Positions 1-10,753 of a DNA stretch of 64,000 bases are shown here, piece after piece (the first letter of the stretch is position 1; each line of letters opens with the position of its first letter). Below the pieces are notes generated by a model. It was not told the DNA's origin, ran no database searches, and was given only the letters and a program-made list of their open reading frames with translations. Origin of the DNA: a virus (lineage: Duplodnaviria > Caudoviricetes); IMG/VR virus record IMGVR_UViG_3300021431_000091, positions 32,001 through 96,000 of that record. The stretch is one strand, 5' to 3'. A program made the translations under genes and the position numbers.

Positions 1-34
1 AGGCTTACCCCAGACATCATCAAAACCCTGAACA

Positions 35-406
35 ATGGAAACAGCAAGAAGAATAGCGGTATTTAGTCCCCAGCTCAAACTGGTGGCAATATCAAACGGA
101 ATCAGCTCCCTCGCAAAACTGATGGGGACCGATACCGGAAGCTTGCTCCGTGCCATCAAGGGTGAAAGAGTGACCTGCAACGGATTCTATCCAAGATTCG
201 TTCCGGATGACCTTATCATGGACATAGACGATTTCGGACTTGACCTTATTGAGTTTGACCTGGAGGTTCTGCAAGATGACAGGTTCATCTACACCACCAG
301 GAACCAGAAGAGGACGGAAATCATCAAGGAGAGCGAATTTGCGAAGATACGCGACAACAGGCGCAAGCGTTACACATTCAATAACACAAAAAGCAAAAAG
401 AAATGA
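35..406 (+). CDS. Hypothetical protein with NUMOD1/HTH-like N-terminus
   Basis: ORF track; 'IAVFS..LKLVA...ISSLAKLMG...SLLRAIKG' resembles a NUMOD1-type HTH. Confidence 0.4.
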   Translation: METARRIAVFSPQLKLVAISNGISSLAKLMGTDTGSLLRAIKGERVTCNGFYPRFVPDDLIMDIDDFGLDLIEFDLEVLQDDRFIYTTRNQKRTEIIKESEFAKIRDNRRKRYTFNNTKSKKK

Positions 407-846
407 AAAACGTAGAAGTAAAAATAGTCAATAAAGGCAACCAGCAATTGCCAGCATACGCAACAGTCCTCAGTGCCGGTGCCGACCTGAGAGCGAATAT
501 TGAAAAACCAGTAGTACTCAAGCCGCTGGAGAGAAGGCTTATCGGAACCGGTCTGTATATAGCTCTCCCCGAAGGCTATGAGGCACAGGTGCGTCCTCGT
601 AGTGGTCTGGCTCTGAAGCACGGAATCACCGTACTTAACACCCCAGGCACAATTGATGCTGATTACAGGGGAGAGGTCGGAGTCATTCTGGTGAACCTTT
701 CAAACGAAGAATTTATCGTCAACCCTGGAGAGCGTATTGCCCAGATGGTTATTGCTGAGCACGCACAGGCAATCTTCATGCCTACCGACACCTTGGATGA
801 GACAGAGCGCGGAGAAAGAGGCTTTGGACACAGCGGAGTTAAGTAA
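403..846 (+). CDS. dut: dUTPase (trimeric)
   Basis: Motifs [36 protein letters not shown]. Confidence 0.97.
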   Translation: MKNVEVKIVNKGNQQLPAYATVLSAGADLRANIEKPVVLKPLERRLIGTGLYIALPEGYEAQVRPRSGLALKHGITVLNTPGTIDADYRGEVGVILVNLSNEEFIVNPGERIAQMVIAEHAQAIFMPTDTLDETERGERGFGHSGVK

Positions 847-865
847 TCACTAAACATTTTATATT

Positions 866-1186
866 ATGGCACAGAAAAAAGAACCAATCCCCCTGCATCA
901 TTTTTCATTTCCTGAGGTGATGAAGGGTCTCCAGGAAGGCAAGGTATTTACACGCTGGCATGACGGACGCTGTATTACAATGCAGATCCCAGCCAACATT
1001 GACAACGAGACAATCCCCAAGATGCAGAGCCTGTGTCCAAAGGCAAAGGAACTGCTCAGCTTGAAGAAGGGCATCTACTACAAGAACCAGGTGCTCATGC
1101 TCAAGCCACTGGGAGAGAAAGTAATGGCAACCTACTATCAGCCCTCATGGGAGGACATCTTCGCTAACGACTGGCTTGACCTATGA
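866..1186 (+). CDS. DUF2829/Tad2-like protein (candidate anti-defence nucleotide sponge)
   Basis: N-terminal 'FSFPEVMKGLQEGKVFTRW' and C-terminal 'YQPSWEDIFANDW' fit the DUF2829 pattern. Confidence 0.65.
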   Translation: MAQKKEPIPLHHFSFPEVMKGLQEGKVFTRWHDGRCITMQIPANIDNETIPKMQSLCPKAKELLSLKKGIYYKNQVLMLKPLGEKVMATYYQPSWEDIFANDWLDL

Positions 1187-1386
1187 AGAACGGATGGCAC
1201 GACACTGATAAGTTGAAGCCAAAAGCTGACCAGGTTATTGTCGGTATATGGGCATACCTCACTGAGACGTTTGCTGAGCTTTGCTATTACGACAAGGATA
1301 CGAAAGAGTGGTTCTCTGCCCAGCCTGGAAGCCAGGACAATGCGATTCAGGCACCGGACTACTGGATAGAGATGCCATACGACTAA
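1183..1386 (+). CDS. DUF551-like small phage protein
   Basis: 'WHDTDKLKP...PDYWIEMP' pattern. Confidence 0.45.
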   Translation: MKNGWHDTDKLKPKADQVIVGIWAYLTETFAELCYYDKDTKEWFSAQPGSQDNAIQAPDYWIEMPYD

Positions 1387-1556
1387 GTGCCCGTTGACGA
1401 ACGGGAAGTCATTCAGGGGTTGCGGCCCTTGTTACTGGCGATCACGGAGGAACAGCAATGTTCCTCCTTTTATATTCCTATTGTTAAATACTGCTAACAA
1501 TCCTAATTTAGTGTTTCGTTTGTTCAATTTCGCTTGATTTTGTTTCATTTTGTTCA

Positions 1557-1564
1557 TATCTTTG
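1557..1564 (+). promoter_or_regulatory. Bacteroidetes sigma-A -7 element (TATCTTTG)
   Basis: Matches TAnnTTTG, 26 nt upstream of the recombinase ATG. Confidence 0.6.
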
Positions 1565-1590
1565 CACCCAGAAACTAAAACGAAGAGATT

Positions 1591-2175
1591 ATGAGCAAAA
1601 AACATCAACTTACAAAGACGGACTACCTCAGCACAGAGGAGTATCAGAAGCTTATAACGGGCCTGCATGAGGATCACGACGTACTGGGAGAGACCTATGC
1701 CAGAATAGCAAAAGCAACAGCCCTCCGTATCTCAGACGTGCTCCGTATCAAATGGGGCCAGGTTCTTGTAAGCAAGTTCACATTCGATGAGCAAAAGACA
1801 AAGAAGCGCAGGCCAATCCCATTTGCCGAAAAGACACTGGAGATCATGCGCGAGCTGTATGATATGAACGGTGCCCCAGGCCTTGACTATCTTGTATTCA
1901 TGAACAGCAAGACTGGGAAGCCCTATACCAAGCAGCACATCAACCAGTGCATGAAGGTATGGAAAAGCAAGTACCACCTCAATGTCGGCAACTTCTCCAG
2001 CCACTCTTTCCGCAAGTCATTCGGAAGGGAGCTGTGGGACAAGATGAACAACTCAGACTACGCACTGACTACCCTCAGCGAGATCTTCAACCACTCCAAT
2101 ATCGCCATCACAAGGCGTTACCTGGGAATTCGTGATGAAGAGATTGCGGAAGCCTATGAAATGATTGAGGTATGA
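1591..2175 (+). CDS. Small tyrosine recombinase (catalytic domain only)
   Basis: TALRISD, K in EQKTKK, HSFRKSF, FNHSNIAITRRY: complete R-K-H-R-H-Y set. Confidence 0.92.
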   Translation: MSKKHQLTKTDYLSTEEYQKLITGLHEDHDVLGETYARIAKATALRISDVLRIKWGQVLVSKFTFDEQKTKKRRPIPFAEKTLEIMRELYDMNGAPGLDYLVFMNSKTGKPYTKQHINQCMKVWKSKYHLNVGNFSSHSFRKSFGRELWDKMNNSDYALTTLSEIFNHSNIAITRRYLGIRDEEIAEAYEMIEV

Positions 2176-2753
2176 GAAAGTTCAGTGAAATGGTTGGCAA
2201 GTGCCGGATATGCGGTGCTGAGTACAGCTGCTACTTCTATGCAGACAGGTCACCGATAAGGAGGTTTATGCTGAAAGAAAAGGTATGCGGTACGTGCGCA
2301 AGCTGGATGACCAGGAAAAAGGACCCAGATGCCAAGGAGTATGTAATAGACGGGGAAGCCTACAACGTCTACCCATTCCAGGATAATATAGGACTGGGCG
2401 ACACAATAGGCAAGAAGAGATACCTTGTGGACATGGAAACCTGGAAAGCCATCAAGTCAAACGATGTGTGGCCCATAGGAAAGGTTCCGGCCCCGTTCTA
2501 CACTGGTGACACAGCCGGATTCATAACGGCACTGGAATTCAAGGCTGCCAGGTTCGGAATACAGGAATGCAAGGGCGTGGCCTGCCTTGACCGCTATACA
2601 TGCGTATTCTATGACAAGGAGAAACAGGAACCAAACGGGCCTGTAAACCAAATCCCGAAGGACTGGGTGGACGGCAGCGAGAGGTGCGGTACATACATTA
2701 ATATTAACAAAGCAAGCAAAGTGTTTATGGAATGGAGAAAAAGAAAGCAATGA
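2172..2753 (+). CDS. Cys-rich hypothetical protein
   Basis: CxxC pairs; overlapping start/stop with neighbours. Confidence 0.7.
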   Translation: MRKFSEMVGKCRICGAEYSCYFYADRSPIRRFMLKEKVCGTCASWMTRKKDPDAKEYVIDGEAYNVYPFQDNIGLGDTIGKKRYLVDMETWKAIKSNDVWPIGKVPAPFYTGDTAGFITALEFKAARFGIQECKGVACLDRYTCVFYDKEKQEPNGPVNQIPKDWVDGSERCGTYININKASKVFMEWRKRKQ

Positions 2754-2908
2754 CCAAGAAGGAGATGATCCAGTTGTACAAGGACTACAACATCATCAAA
2801 CCAAGTGACCAGGCACTTGGGAGGTTTGCCAAAATGCTGGGTTACGCCAAGAAGCGCGTGATGACCAAAGGCAAGACAGAGCTCTGGTACGTATTGAATG
2901 ACAGATGA
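2750..2908 (+). CDS. Small hypothetical protein (52 aa, below ORF-track cutoff)
   Basis: ATGA overlap with previous gene; MTKKEMIQLYKDYNII... Confidence 0.55.
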   Translation: MTKKEMIQLYKDYNIIKPSDQALGRFAKMLGYAKKRVMTKGKTELWYVLNDR

Positions 2909-3182
2909 TTTTAAGGCAGAATTCCTTGTTCAAAAACCAATTGTATTATGAACAAGAATTTTTTCAAACCAAAATTTAAGATTCAGAGAGTTTACAACAC
3001 CTGTAACGAGGCAACCCTTTATTCAGTATCAGTTATGTACTGGTGGTTCCCAGTGTGGTTTATAGCACTAAGGCAGATTTTTGATAGCGGACGGATAAAC
3101 ACTGGTGATGCCGTATTCAATTCAGAGGAGGACGCGGTTGAGTACATCAAGCGTCGCTATAATGTAATTACATCGGAGAAAT

Positions 3183-3503
3183 ATGAAGAGAGAGGATAAA
3201 ATTGACAAACTGATGAAAAGTGTGGAGGATGAGCTGACCGATGTGGATTCCTTCATGGTGGTGTTTGCCAACGGTCTGACCAATGAGGTATCCACTGGGC
3301 TGCTTTCAAATAATCCGTCAATGCTGATCTCAGCGATATGCGAGACGTTTGACATGCAGACCAATGACGACAAGGGCGTGAACTTCCTTGACCTGTTCAG
3401 CTCAGTCATCATTACCTATGCTAAGGCACACCCGAAGTTCGCCACACAATTCATCCAGACGTTCAACAGAATTATGTACGGAGTAGATATTGATATATGT
3501 TAG
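3183..3503 (+). CDS. Hypothetical protein
   Basis: ORF track, operon-like packing. Confidence 0.65.
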   Translation: MKREDKIDKLMKSVEDELTDVDSFMVVFANGLTNEVSTGLLSNNPSMLISAICETFDMQTNDDKGVNFLDLFSSVIITYAKAHPKFATQFIQTFNRIMYGVDIDIC

Positions 3504-4357
3504 AATTCAAGCCATACGATAAGCCTCTCCTGAGGGAGATGCTAAGAGATCCCAGGGGTGTGAGGAATGACCCATACCTTATATTCATAGCGTATTTCTG
3601 GGACCAGCTGAAGGATGACCGCTACCAGTTTCTTTATGATGACGAAGATCCTGAAATGGTTCCCGAATATGACGAGTTCACAATTGACGGAAAGAAAATT
3701 GAGAAAAGCATATTCGAAACCATACTGGGTGCCTGCATGGAGGATATTATTTCAGCACAACAGAACAGGCTTACGGTAAGGATCAACGATAAGCCGTACC
3801 GCGTAAACAAGTTCCCAGAGATCGATCCTGCTGCCCTTCCGAAATTCTTCAATTTCGAGGTACATGACGACCTGGTTACAATAAGCCTGGATAAGGTCAA
3901 CACCTATATCCCGACTGGTGAGGACTATGAGATGGACATTGACCAGCAGACCAAAAACAGCAGGTCGTACCTTCATAAAATCGTGTACCTGGTGGAGAAT
4001 GACGATGAAGGATGGGACAAGCTTACGGACATTGAGGCCGTTGCCTATACCTGGGCTGTGAAGATGGCCAAATGTGAGGGTAAGGAAGCCGTTGCCTGTA
4101 TGCCTGAGATACTGAAATTCGTGAAGTATGTGGACAAGGAGCTCTGCGACATGGATATTGAGAACCTTCCAGACTGCTGGATTAACGACTTCAACCTGGC
4201 AAAGGTAACCATCGATGCCCAGTTCTCAGCCACACTCATGGAGAAATGGAACAAGAAGCACAAGCAGAAGTCCTATATTGATGAGATTGACGATGAAAAA
4301 GCCAAAGAATTCTGGTACGACAACTGTACAAGGCTGTTCTACGGAAAGAACGTGTAA
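3497..4357 (+). CDS. Acidic hypothetical protein
   Basis: 286-aa ORF. Confidence 0.8.
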   Translation: MLEFKPYDKPLLREMLRDPRGVRNDPYLIFIAYFWDQLKDDRYQFLYDDEDPEMVPEYDEFTIDGKKIEKSIFETILGACMEDIISAQQNRLTVRINDKPYRVNKFPEIDPAALPKFFNFEVHDDLVTISLDKVNTYIPTGEDYEMDIDQQTKNSRSYLHKIVYLVENDDEGWDKLTDIEAVAYTWAVKMAKCEGKEAVACMPEILKFVKYVDKELCDMDIENLPDCWINDFNLAKVTIDAQFSATLMEKWNKKHKQKSYIDEIDDEKAKEFWYDNCTRLFYGKNV

Positions 4358-4518
4358 GACCTGCATCAGGTTCAAGCGTCCGGCACCGAGAAAGTGGAAG
4401 AGATGCCTGGACGGTATCATAAGCTGCAAGAACAGCTGGAAAGATGACTGTTGCCTTTGGTGGCGTGACAAGTAAATGAAAAAGCCTTCTTCTCTCTATT
4501 TCCTATAAAGAAACGGAT

Positions 4519-4776
4519 ATGAAGAAGGCTTTTTTGGATTTCCTAAGTATTGTAAAGCAGGTGTTCTGTACACCTGACGGCAGGCTGAGTAGCAAGCGCG
4601 TGTTCGGAGGCATGGGCTGGATGGTATGCCTTTGGGTCCTGATCCACTGCACGCTCAAGCATGTGGAGGCACCAGTGATTACAGAGGTCATAGTAATCGT
4701 ATCGGCCACACTGATGGGTGTCGGTATCTTTGACTCCTACGGAAAGAAAAAGACAAAGAAGTACGCGGATAAGTAG
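4519..4776 (+). CDS. Two-TM membrane protein, holin-like
   Basis: 'GRLSSKR' followed by two hydrophobic helices and a basic C-terminal tail. Confidence 0.5.
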   Translation: MKKAFLDFLSIVKQVFCTPDGRLSSKRVFGGMGWMVCLWVLIHCTLKHVEAPVITEVIVIVSATLMGVGIFDSYGKKKTKKYADK

Positions 4777-4780
4777 GACA

Positions 4781-5545
4781 CTACCGAGTAGCAGCAATAT
4801 TTTCCAGTATCACATTCAACAGTTCCCTGGCATCATCAGGTGTCAGGAAGTAGTTGCCGCACTCATACCTCTGGTTGTGCTGTGGTGTCTGGTTGTCCTG
4901 GGCTGCCCTCAATGTGAACCTGTCAGTGATGTACCAGTATGTTCCTCCGGCACGCATTCGGGGCCTGGGAGCTGATACCCACATGGCCGCTTCATCCCAG
5001 ACATAGCCGAAAGACTCCAAGGTGGCAAGTGATTTCTTCTTTTCCTTGAGCGTGAGAAGCCTAATGTCCGTACCATAGTCAATCTTGTACTTCACCTGCT
5101 TCAGGCCACTTCTTCTGTCCGGATAGCCGATAACAAGGTCACGCCTGTCCATCTGGAGAATAACACCATGAGACGGGAGGCTTGAATTCTTGGTTGCCCT
5201 GACCCAGGTTCCAGGACGGAGGCTGGGAAGCTTGATGATCTCGTCGGCAATGTTGATGGAGTAGCCCATGTCGAAAAGGTCGTCCATGAATTTGGCCAGC
5301 AGCTCGTTTGCATTCTCAAGCTTCCTTGTCTTTTCGGTAACCTCGAAGTCACGTATGATAAGTTTTGTCAGGCCATTATCCTCATAGTAAGCATCAACAA
5401 ATGCAATGCCGTTCTCGATCTTCCTGACATGGCCCACCGTGGAGCCGAAACGGATGATGCTGCCAGCGTAGATATGCAGCTCATCAAACTTGCTGAACTT
5501 TTCCATATTCTGCGGATTTATCAATTGCTGGGTGCAAAGGTACAA
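4781..5545 (-). CDS. Hypothetical protein (true start probably MEKFSKF, ~5506)
   Basis: Long ORF; TACCTTTG promoter element on - strand at 5535-5542. Confidence 0.75.
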   Translation of the reverse strand: MYLCTQQLINPQNMEKFSKFDELHIYAGSIIRFGSTVGHVRKIENGIAFVDAYYEDNGLTKLIIRDFEVTEKTRKLENANELLAKFMDDLFDMGYSINIADEIIKLPSLRPGTWVRATKNSSLPSHGVILQMDRRDLVIGYPDRRSGLKQVKYKIDYGTDIRLLTLKEKKKSLATLESFGYVWDEAAMWVSAPRPRMRAGGTYWYITDRFTLRAAQDNQTPQHNQRYECGNYFLTPDDARELLNVILENIAATR

Positions 5546-5680
5546 AGGTTCTGGAAATTTCTCTTGTTAACGGATGTTATTGTGGTTTAATGTTTGTGAA
5601 AATTCAAAAAATTGGGCAACGCACAAATTTTCAGTTGGCTATTTAAGATAAAATGAACGAAATAATGAATAAGGAAAAAC

Positions 5681-6202
5681 ATGAAAACGGATCCTATTGA
5701 GAAACTTGTAAACTCTACTGGTTTCTCAGTAGATGATCTTAAAGCGTATGCTATGAAAGCAAAGGACATGACGTTAGGACAAGCTGATAACTCATTTCCT
5801 GTTCCGCTATTTGCAATCGGATACCTGAGTGACATTGAGCTGTCTGTATTATGTTTTGTGATAAACATGGCATTGTACCCAAGCAATAGTTTTGGTTATA
5901 CATGGGATAGCAGAAAGATTGGTCACGCTTTAAATATGGCTCCCAAAGAGGTGCGCGAGGCGAGGAACAATCTTATAGCTATAGGTCTGATTGAAAAATA
6001 CGAAGATCCGCTACCAAGTGGTGTGTTCAGTTATTGCCCTAACCCCTGGGCAATTGACAAGCTGGTCCGTTTATTCAAGCAGGTCGCCCCAGAGAAAATG
6101 AAGGATTTAAGAAAATACCTTGGTTTGATGCACGCTTCTGAAATAAGTCAGGATGCCATAAACCGATTTGTTGAATATCAAAATTTTATCAAGGAATTAT
6201 GA
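5681..6202 (+). CDS. Winged-HTH-like protein
   Basis: 'SRKIGHALNMAPKEVREARNNLIAIGLIE' wHTH pattern. Confidence 0.55.
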   Translation: MKTDPIEKLVNSTGFSVDDLKAYAMKAKDMTLGQADNSFPVPLFAIGYLSDIELSVLCFVINMALYPSNSFGYTWDSRKIGHALNMAPKEVREARNNLIAIGLIEKYEDPLPSGVFSYCPNPWAIDKLVRLFKQVAPEKMKDLRKYLGLMHASEISQDAINRFVEYQNFIKEL

Positions 6203-6690
6203 GCAGACAGATTTATAGGTGCGTCAAGTACAGCGATAGGAAGGCTATGGCAAAAGCTATAAAGGATGCTATCCAGGACCAAGAGGCTGGGTACATTCAA
6301 ATGCTTCGCTATACACAGGCATATTTGAAAAAGGATTTTCCAATGTTCTACTTCATAGCGTCAAGATCTCAGATATATGGCGTGTATAATGTAAAGGCTC
6401 TTGAAATAGAACGAATAACTGGGATAGACAGGAGGCGCTGCGACAAGCTAATCGATAAACTTGTCGATATGGGTTTTGTCGATGGTGTTGACAATAAGCT
6501 GAACAAGGATATTATCACGGTAAGCATTAATGGCTTACACCAATTCAAAACAATGTGCGAAGGCCTGGACGAGGATGATGTTGCCAGCCTTAGGGATATG
6601 ATTGGGGACAAATATTTTGTTGACTACTACAAAAAATTCAAAAATCAAATACTGGAAAAGAAGAAAGTGCCACCAAACGACGTACCGTAA
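6199..6690 (+). CDS. Winged-HTH-like protein
   Basis: 'LEIERITGIDRRRCDKLIDKLVDMGFVD'. Confidence 0.55.
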   Translation: MSRQIYRCVKYSDRKAMAKAIKDAIQDQEAGYIQMLRYTQAYLKKDFPMFYFIASRSQIYGVYNVKALEIERITGIDRRRCDKLIDKLVDMGFVDGVDNKLNKDIITVSINGLHQFKTMCEGLDEDDVASLRDMIGDKYFVDYYKKFKNQILEKKKVPPNDVP

Positions 6691-6776
6691 TTGTGCAAAA
6701 ATGCACAATTTGGGAATGCCGAAATTGTGCAAAAATGCACAGTTTGATTCCAAAAGTGTGCAAAAATGCACAATTT
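6689..6776. repeat. Three copies of the palindromic TGTGCAAAAATGCACA (iteron/operator-like), followed by an AT-rich tract
   Basis: Identical cores at 6692-6707, 6726-6741 and 6757-6772. Confidence 0.9.
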
Positions 6777-7051
6777 GGGTACACGGAATAAAATATAAAG
6801 AATTAAAAAAATTGAATAAAGCAGGCGAGCTGCAAATTTTGGGTTTTATTTTTGGTATTCTTTTGGTTATTATAGATTATTGTAGGTTATATATGGACAT
6901 TCACCAGTTTCGCGTAAGCAATTTAAGTATGGTCGGCAAAAGCAAAAACCTTAAAAATAAAAAAGGTTATTATTGTAATCAATCACCAGTTTTTTGGGTA
7001 AAATAAAAAATTTATGGGGAATAAAATAGCAAAAATTTAAAATTAAAAAAT

Positions 7052-7636
7052 ATGGGAAAAAGAAAAAATCAAAATTCAAGTATCAACATGGGGCCGCACT
7101 CAGGAACCCGCTTTTCTGAGTTTGACCTGGCAGCCCGACGCACCACCATCCCGCTTCATTCATTCCTGAGGCCCGATGAGCTTTCCATGTATTATGTGCT
7201 TGACAGGCTTCCAGTGCGCTCAGAGGTGGGACTGGCAGACAACAACATCCAGCACATGCTTGCAAGGATCATGGGAACTTCTATGGAAAGGGTACGGTAC
7301 ACCATTGACAAGATGGCCAGCCTGGGTATTGTGGTACAGCCAGGAACAAACACAACCTACCTGGAGTCTGTCATTGAGTTCAAGATTGTGTATGACCTCT
7401 GTGTGAAACTGGGCAGCTACCCGTTCGGTTTCGGGGAATTCCTCAGGAATATTACGGGGAATACCAATGTGGACCACATAACCCCGAAGGACTACGTTAC
7501 GGCCTACAAGAACATGAATGACTGGTATGATATGGAATTCAGCCGCTACCAGGAGAAGAAGCGTAAGGAGGCCATGAAGAAGAATGATGGTTGGAGGTTC
7601 AGGAAGGATGACAACCTGGAGCCTGAGAATGATTAG
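7052..7636 (+). CDS. Winged-HTH-like protein
   Basis: 'HMLARIMGTSMERVRYTIDKMASLGIV'. Confidence 0.55.
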   Translation: MGKRKNQNSSINMGPHSGTRFSEFDLAARRTTIPLHSFLRPDELSMYYVLDRLPVRSEVGLADNNIQHMLARIMGTSMERVRYTIDKMASLGIVVQPGTNTTYLESVIEFKIVYDLCVKLGSYPFGFGEFLRNITGNTNVDHITPKDYVTAYKNMNDWYDMEFSRYQEKKRKEAMKKNDGWRFRKDDNLEPEND

Positions 7637-7662
7637 TATTAACAATTAAATAAAGAAGTATT

Positions 7663-7917
7663 ATGGGAGACTTGTTTTATTGGTATTTCATTGGTGTACT
7701 TGCCAGCATACCGTTTGCGTTCTATGACATGGGTATGTATCTGACAAATGAATCGTATTCAAAGGTTGGAGGATCAAAAGGAGCAAGGATTTTTGCGTTC
7801 TTTTTCTATCTGTTCATTTGCTTTGGGTCCTGGGTGGTGTTTATCCTGGATGCCTTTGCTTTTGTGTGTGACCTGATTGTCGGTATTAAAAGGTTTGGGA
7901 GGACTGGTAATGAGTAA
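7663..7917 (+). CDS. Small membrane protein
   Basis: Two hydrophobic segments. Confidence 0.55.
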   Translation: MGDLFYWYFIGVLASIPFAFYDMGMYLTNESYSKVGGSKGARIFAFFFYLFICFGSWVVFILDAFAFVCDLIVGIKRFGRTGNE

Positions 7918-8723
7918 GAGGCATTTCTATTTATGGATACTGTGGCACTTTTGCTTTTTGTGCCTGGGTGTAGTTTATTCTTACAGGTATATTGTGCGTT
8001 ATGATGGAATTATCTCGCTTATATGCGGATCTGTCCTTATCATAACTTCCCTGTATGGTATTCATCACTCAATTGAAAAAATAAATGAAAAATGAAAAAG
8101 AGGGAATTGTTGGAGAATAAGGTTTTCCAGGCCGCTGATATGGATGATGAGATTGTGCTGGAGGTTTCCGGAGAGCATAAGTTCAGGACAGTTCGTATCA
8201 AGAAGCAGGAAGGAAGCAATAACAGAGTGTTGGTTTTAAGTACAAAAGTAAAATGACAAAGAAGGAGTTTTTGAAGTTGCCTATCTGGAACAAGATTCCG
8301 GATAATGCAGAGATCCTGGGTACTGTTTTTAGTATGGTTAAGCACCTGGATGACCACAAGAGAGTGAAGAAGGTCAAGTCTGGAGGCATTTATGAGATGG
8401 ATGCTGACGTAAAGCTTATCTACAGTTCGCATAAAATAAGGGAGGCTGAGAGCAATGACCAAGAGTGATATTCTGAATAATTATGTGTTCAAGTCGTTGG
8501 ATGAGAGCGCGGCAATGTGTGTAGAGCTTACAGAAGAGCCCATCCCAGGTTTCAAGACCACTGAGAGCGGTAAGAGAAGGTGTGGAAGGGCTATTCTGGT
8601 CACTAAGATATGTTCCAAGTGGGAGGTTAAGAAGGCACTGGAGAAGTTCAAGTTCCGTAACGGCACCACTATTTCTGGAAGGATAGGTTATTATGATTAC
8701 AGTCACGTAGTTTGGATTAAGCT

Positions 8724-9008
8724 ATGATAGATCAGGAACAGATTAAGGAAATTCAGGACAAGGAGCTTTCCGGCCCACCTGAGCAGAGCTGGAAGGACAG
8801 GCTTGTGGAAGAGTACCTGTATATTGATTCCAAGGTAGGAAGGCTGCATAGGTTCGTTGAGTGGGATGAGAGGTTCGCTAAGCTGGATAAGGAGAGGCAG
8901 ACGCTTCTTGTGAGACAGCTGGAGGCAATGAAGGAGTACCTGAAGGTTCTTGGGAAGAGGGCAAGGCTGGAGGGTGTCTGGAATGAAATAGCGAACATTA
9001 TACAGTGA
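8724..9008 (+). CDS. crAss001_48-like helical-hairpin protein
   Basis: 'WKDRLVEEY...RLHRFV...LLVRQLEAMKEYLKVLGKR' pattern. Confidence 0.55.
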   Translation: MIDQEQIKEIQDKELSGPPEQSWKDRLVEEYLYIDSKVGRLHRFVEWDERFAKLDKERQTLLVRQLEAMKEYLKVLGKRARLEGVWNEIANIIQ

Positions 9009-9072
9009 TCCCAGGCTATTTAAGGATGTAGTAATAATCTCATAAGTAAGTTTTAGGTTTTAGTTTGAGCTG

Positions 9073-9108
9073 GCTGCCCTGTCTGTGATGGATGGGGTAG
9101 CTTTTTGT
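9073..9108 (+). terminator. Intrinsic terminator with GTGA loop
   Basis: GCTGCCCT/GGGGTAGC stem followed by a T-tract. Confidence 0.7.
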
Positions 9109-10753
9109 TTGTAGTTGTAAAGATTTGAGAGTGTGGTGTGGGGTGTTCCCAGAAATTCGGATTTGAAAATTGGGCCCCCGAAAAATTTTGGGGAAGGCTA
9201 TATATGGGGTTTTTATATGTCAGAAGTTTTTATTTTTGGTGCGCCTGGCGGCGAAAATGCCCATACGGGCCTGTCCTGCGGACGGCGTTCTATTATAGGG
9301 AAAATATTGTATTTTTAAAGTCGTTCGTCTGAGATTCCAGGAATTTTGTTGTGAGGGTTGTGGGGAAAGTGTGGGGAAAGGGAGAGTGGCCGGTGTGGGG
9401 AGGGGTGGAAAAACGGATTTGAAAAATGGGGTAAAATTTTGTGTGTGGAATCCCGTACCGAGGTGGTGGGGTGTTCGGTTTTTTTACTTTCATTTAGTGC
9501 TCCAAGCCCTTTGTTTATCGGTGTTTCACTGATTTTTGGTGTAAATTTTTGTTTGTTTCACTTTTGCCAAAAGTGAAAGTAAAAAGTACGTCAATACCTT
9601 ATTTATATATAATGTTCCGAAATTTTTACATTTTTGAGTCAATTGTGAAAAAGTGTTTAAAAATTGATAGCCTCGGCAACAAATTGAAAAATCTCTCGAA
9701 ACCCCTCTATTTACAGGGCTCCCCAGTGATTTCCTTGTTGTGGGTTTGTTTTCCCATCTCACTAATCCAAGCCAAAATCGTGTCAAAAAATCAGAAAATG
9801 ACCCCTTCAAAAGTCCCTTCAAACAGTCCCAAACCAACAAAAACACAAAAATTTCGTAAATATTTTTGAAAACTTTTATTTTTTTCTTATATATCTTTTA
9901 AAGATATTGACCTACCCTAAACCTACCTACACATCCCATGTATTTTGTAAACTTTTCCGAAAACTTTCAAAAAATAATTGCAGAAAAATTTGGAGACTGA
10001 AACAAAGACCGCAGATATTTGCAGTGTCAATGATTCAGTCCCCAGCCATACAAAGGGCATGGCACTCAAAGACAAGCGCTCTTTACATAATGCGACACAG
10101 GCTCTTTAGAGCCGAAGAACAAAGCTCGTCCCCAGCGTAATATAGTGGGCATGGCACGACTTTGTTGCAGGCATTCTCTCGAAGAGAGAACAACACCAGT
10201 AGAATGCCCTCCCCGTAGGGGAGACTGAAGAACCGACCAAAGCACTCAGCCCCGTATGTATAGCTAACAGGCGGGCGCGAGAGAGAGCAACCAAATTTTA
10301 GAACTTGTTCTAAAATTGCAGATGCAAGCCGACCACAAGTCAAAATGCTTGCATTTTGTAGTCCCACAAGGACAGGCAATTCCTGCTTTAGAAAGCAGGA
10401 GGAGCGAACACTGGTTGAGCAACACCCTTTAGGGTGCCAGTTTGGGGGAACAACCCATATAACTCGTAGAGTTATCTGCTATGTAGCAGCAGTCCCAGCG
10501 AAGAACTCGTTGCATACTCAGCTTTGCTGAGTGTGGAGGTCAAGGACACGTTAGAAATTGCCGTGACCCAGCCCTTTATGGGCTGATAGCATAGGCTAAC
10601 GAGAACAAACGGAGTTTGCTCTGGGTGGCTCTAAGAGAGCCGTCTCGGTTTCTTAGGGGTAAGCTATGCTTATGACCGACTCCCACCCAGGGCTCAAAAA
10701 TTTTAATTTTTGTTTCATTTCAGCCCTACGGCATCACGGTCAAGCCGCATTTT

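Noticed and set aside
9133-10530. Short ORFs in the 9-10.7 kb gap
   Set aside because: Low-complexity translations from homopolymer runs, mostly non-ATG starts.
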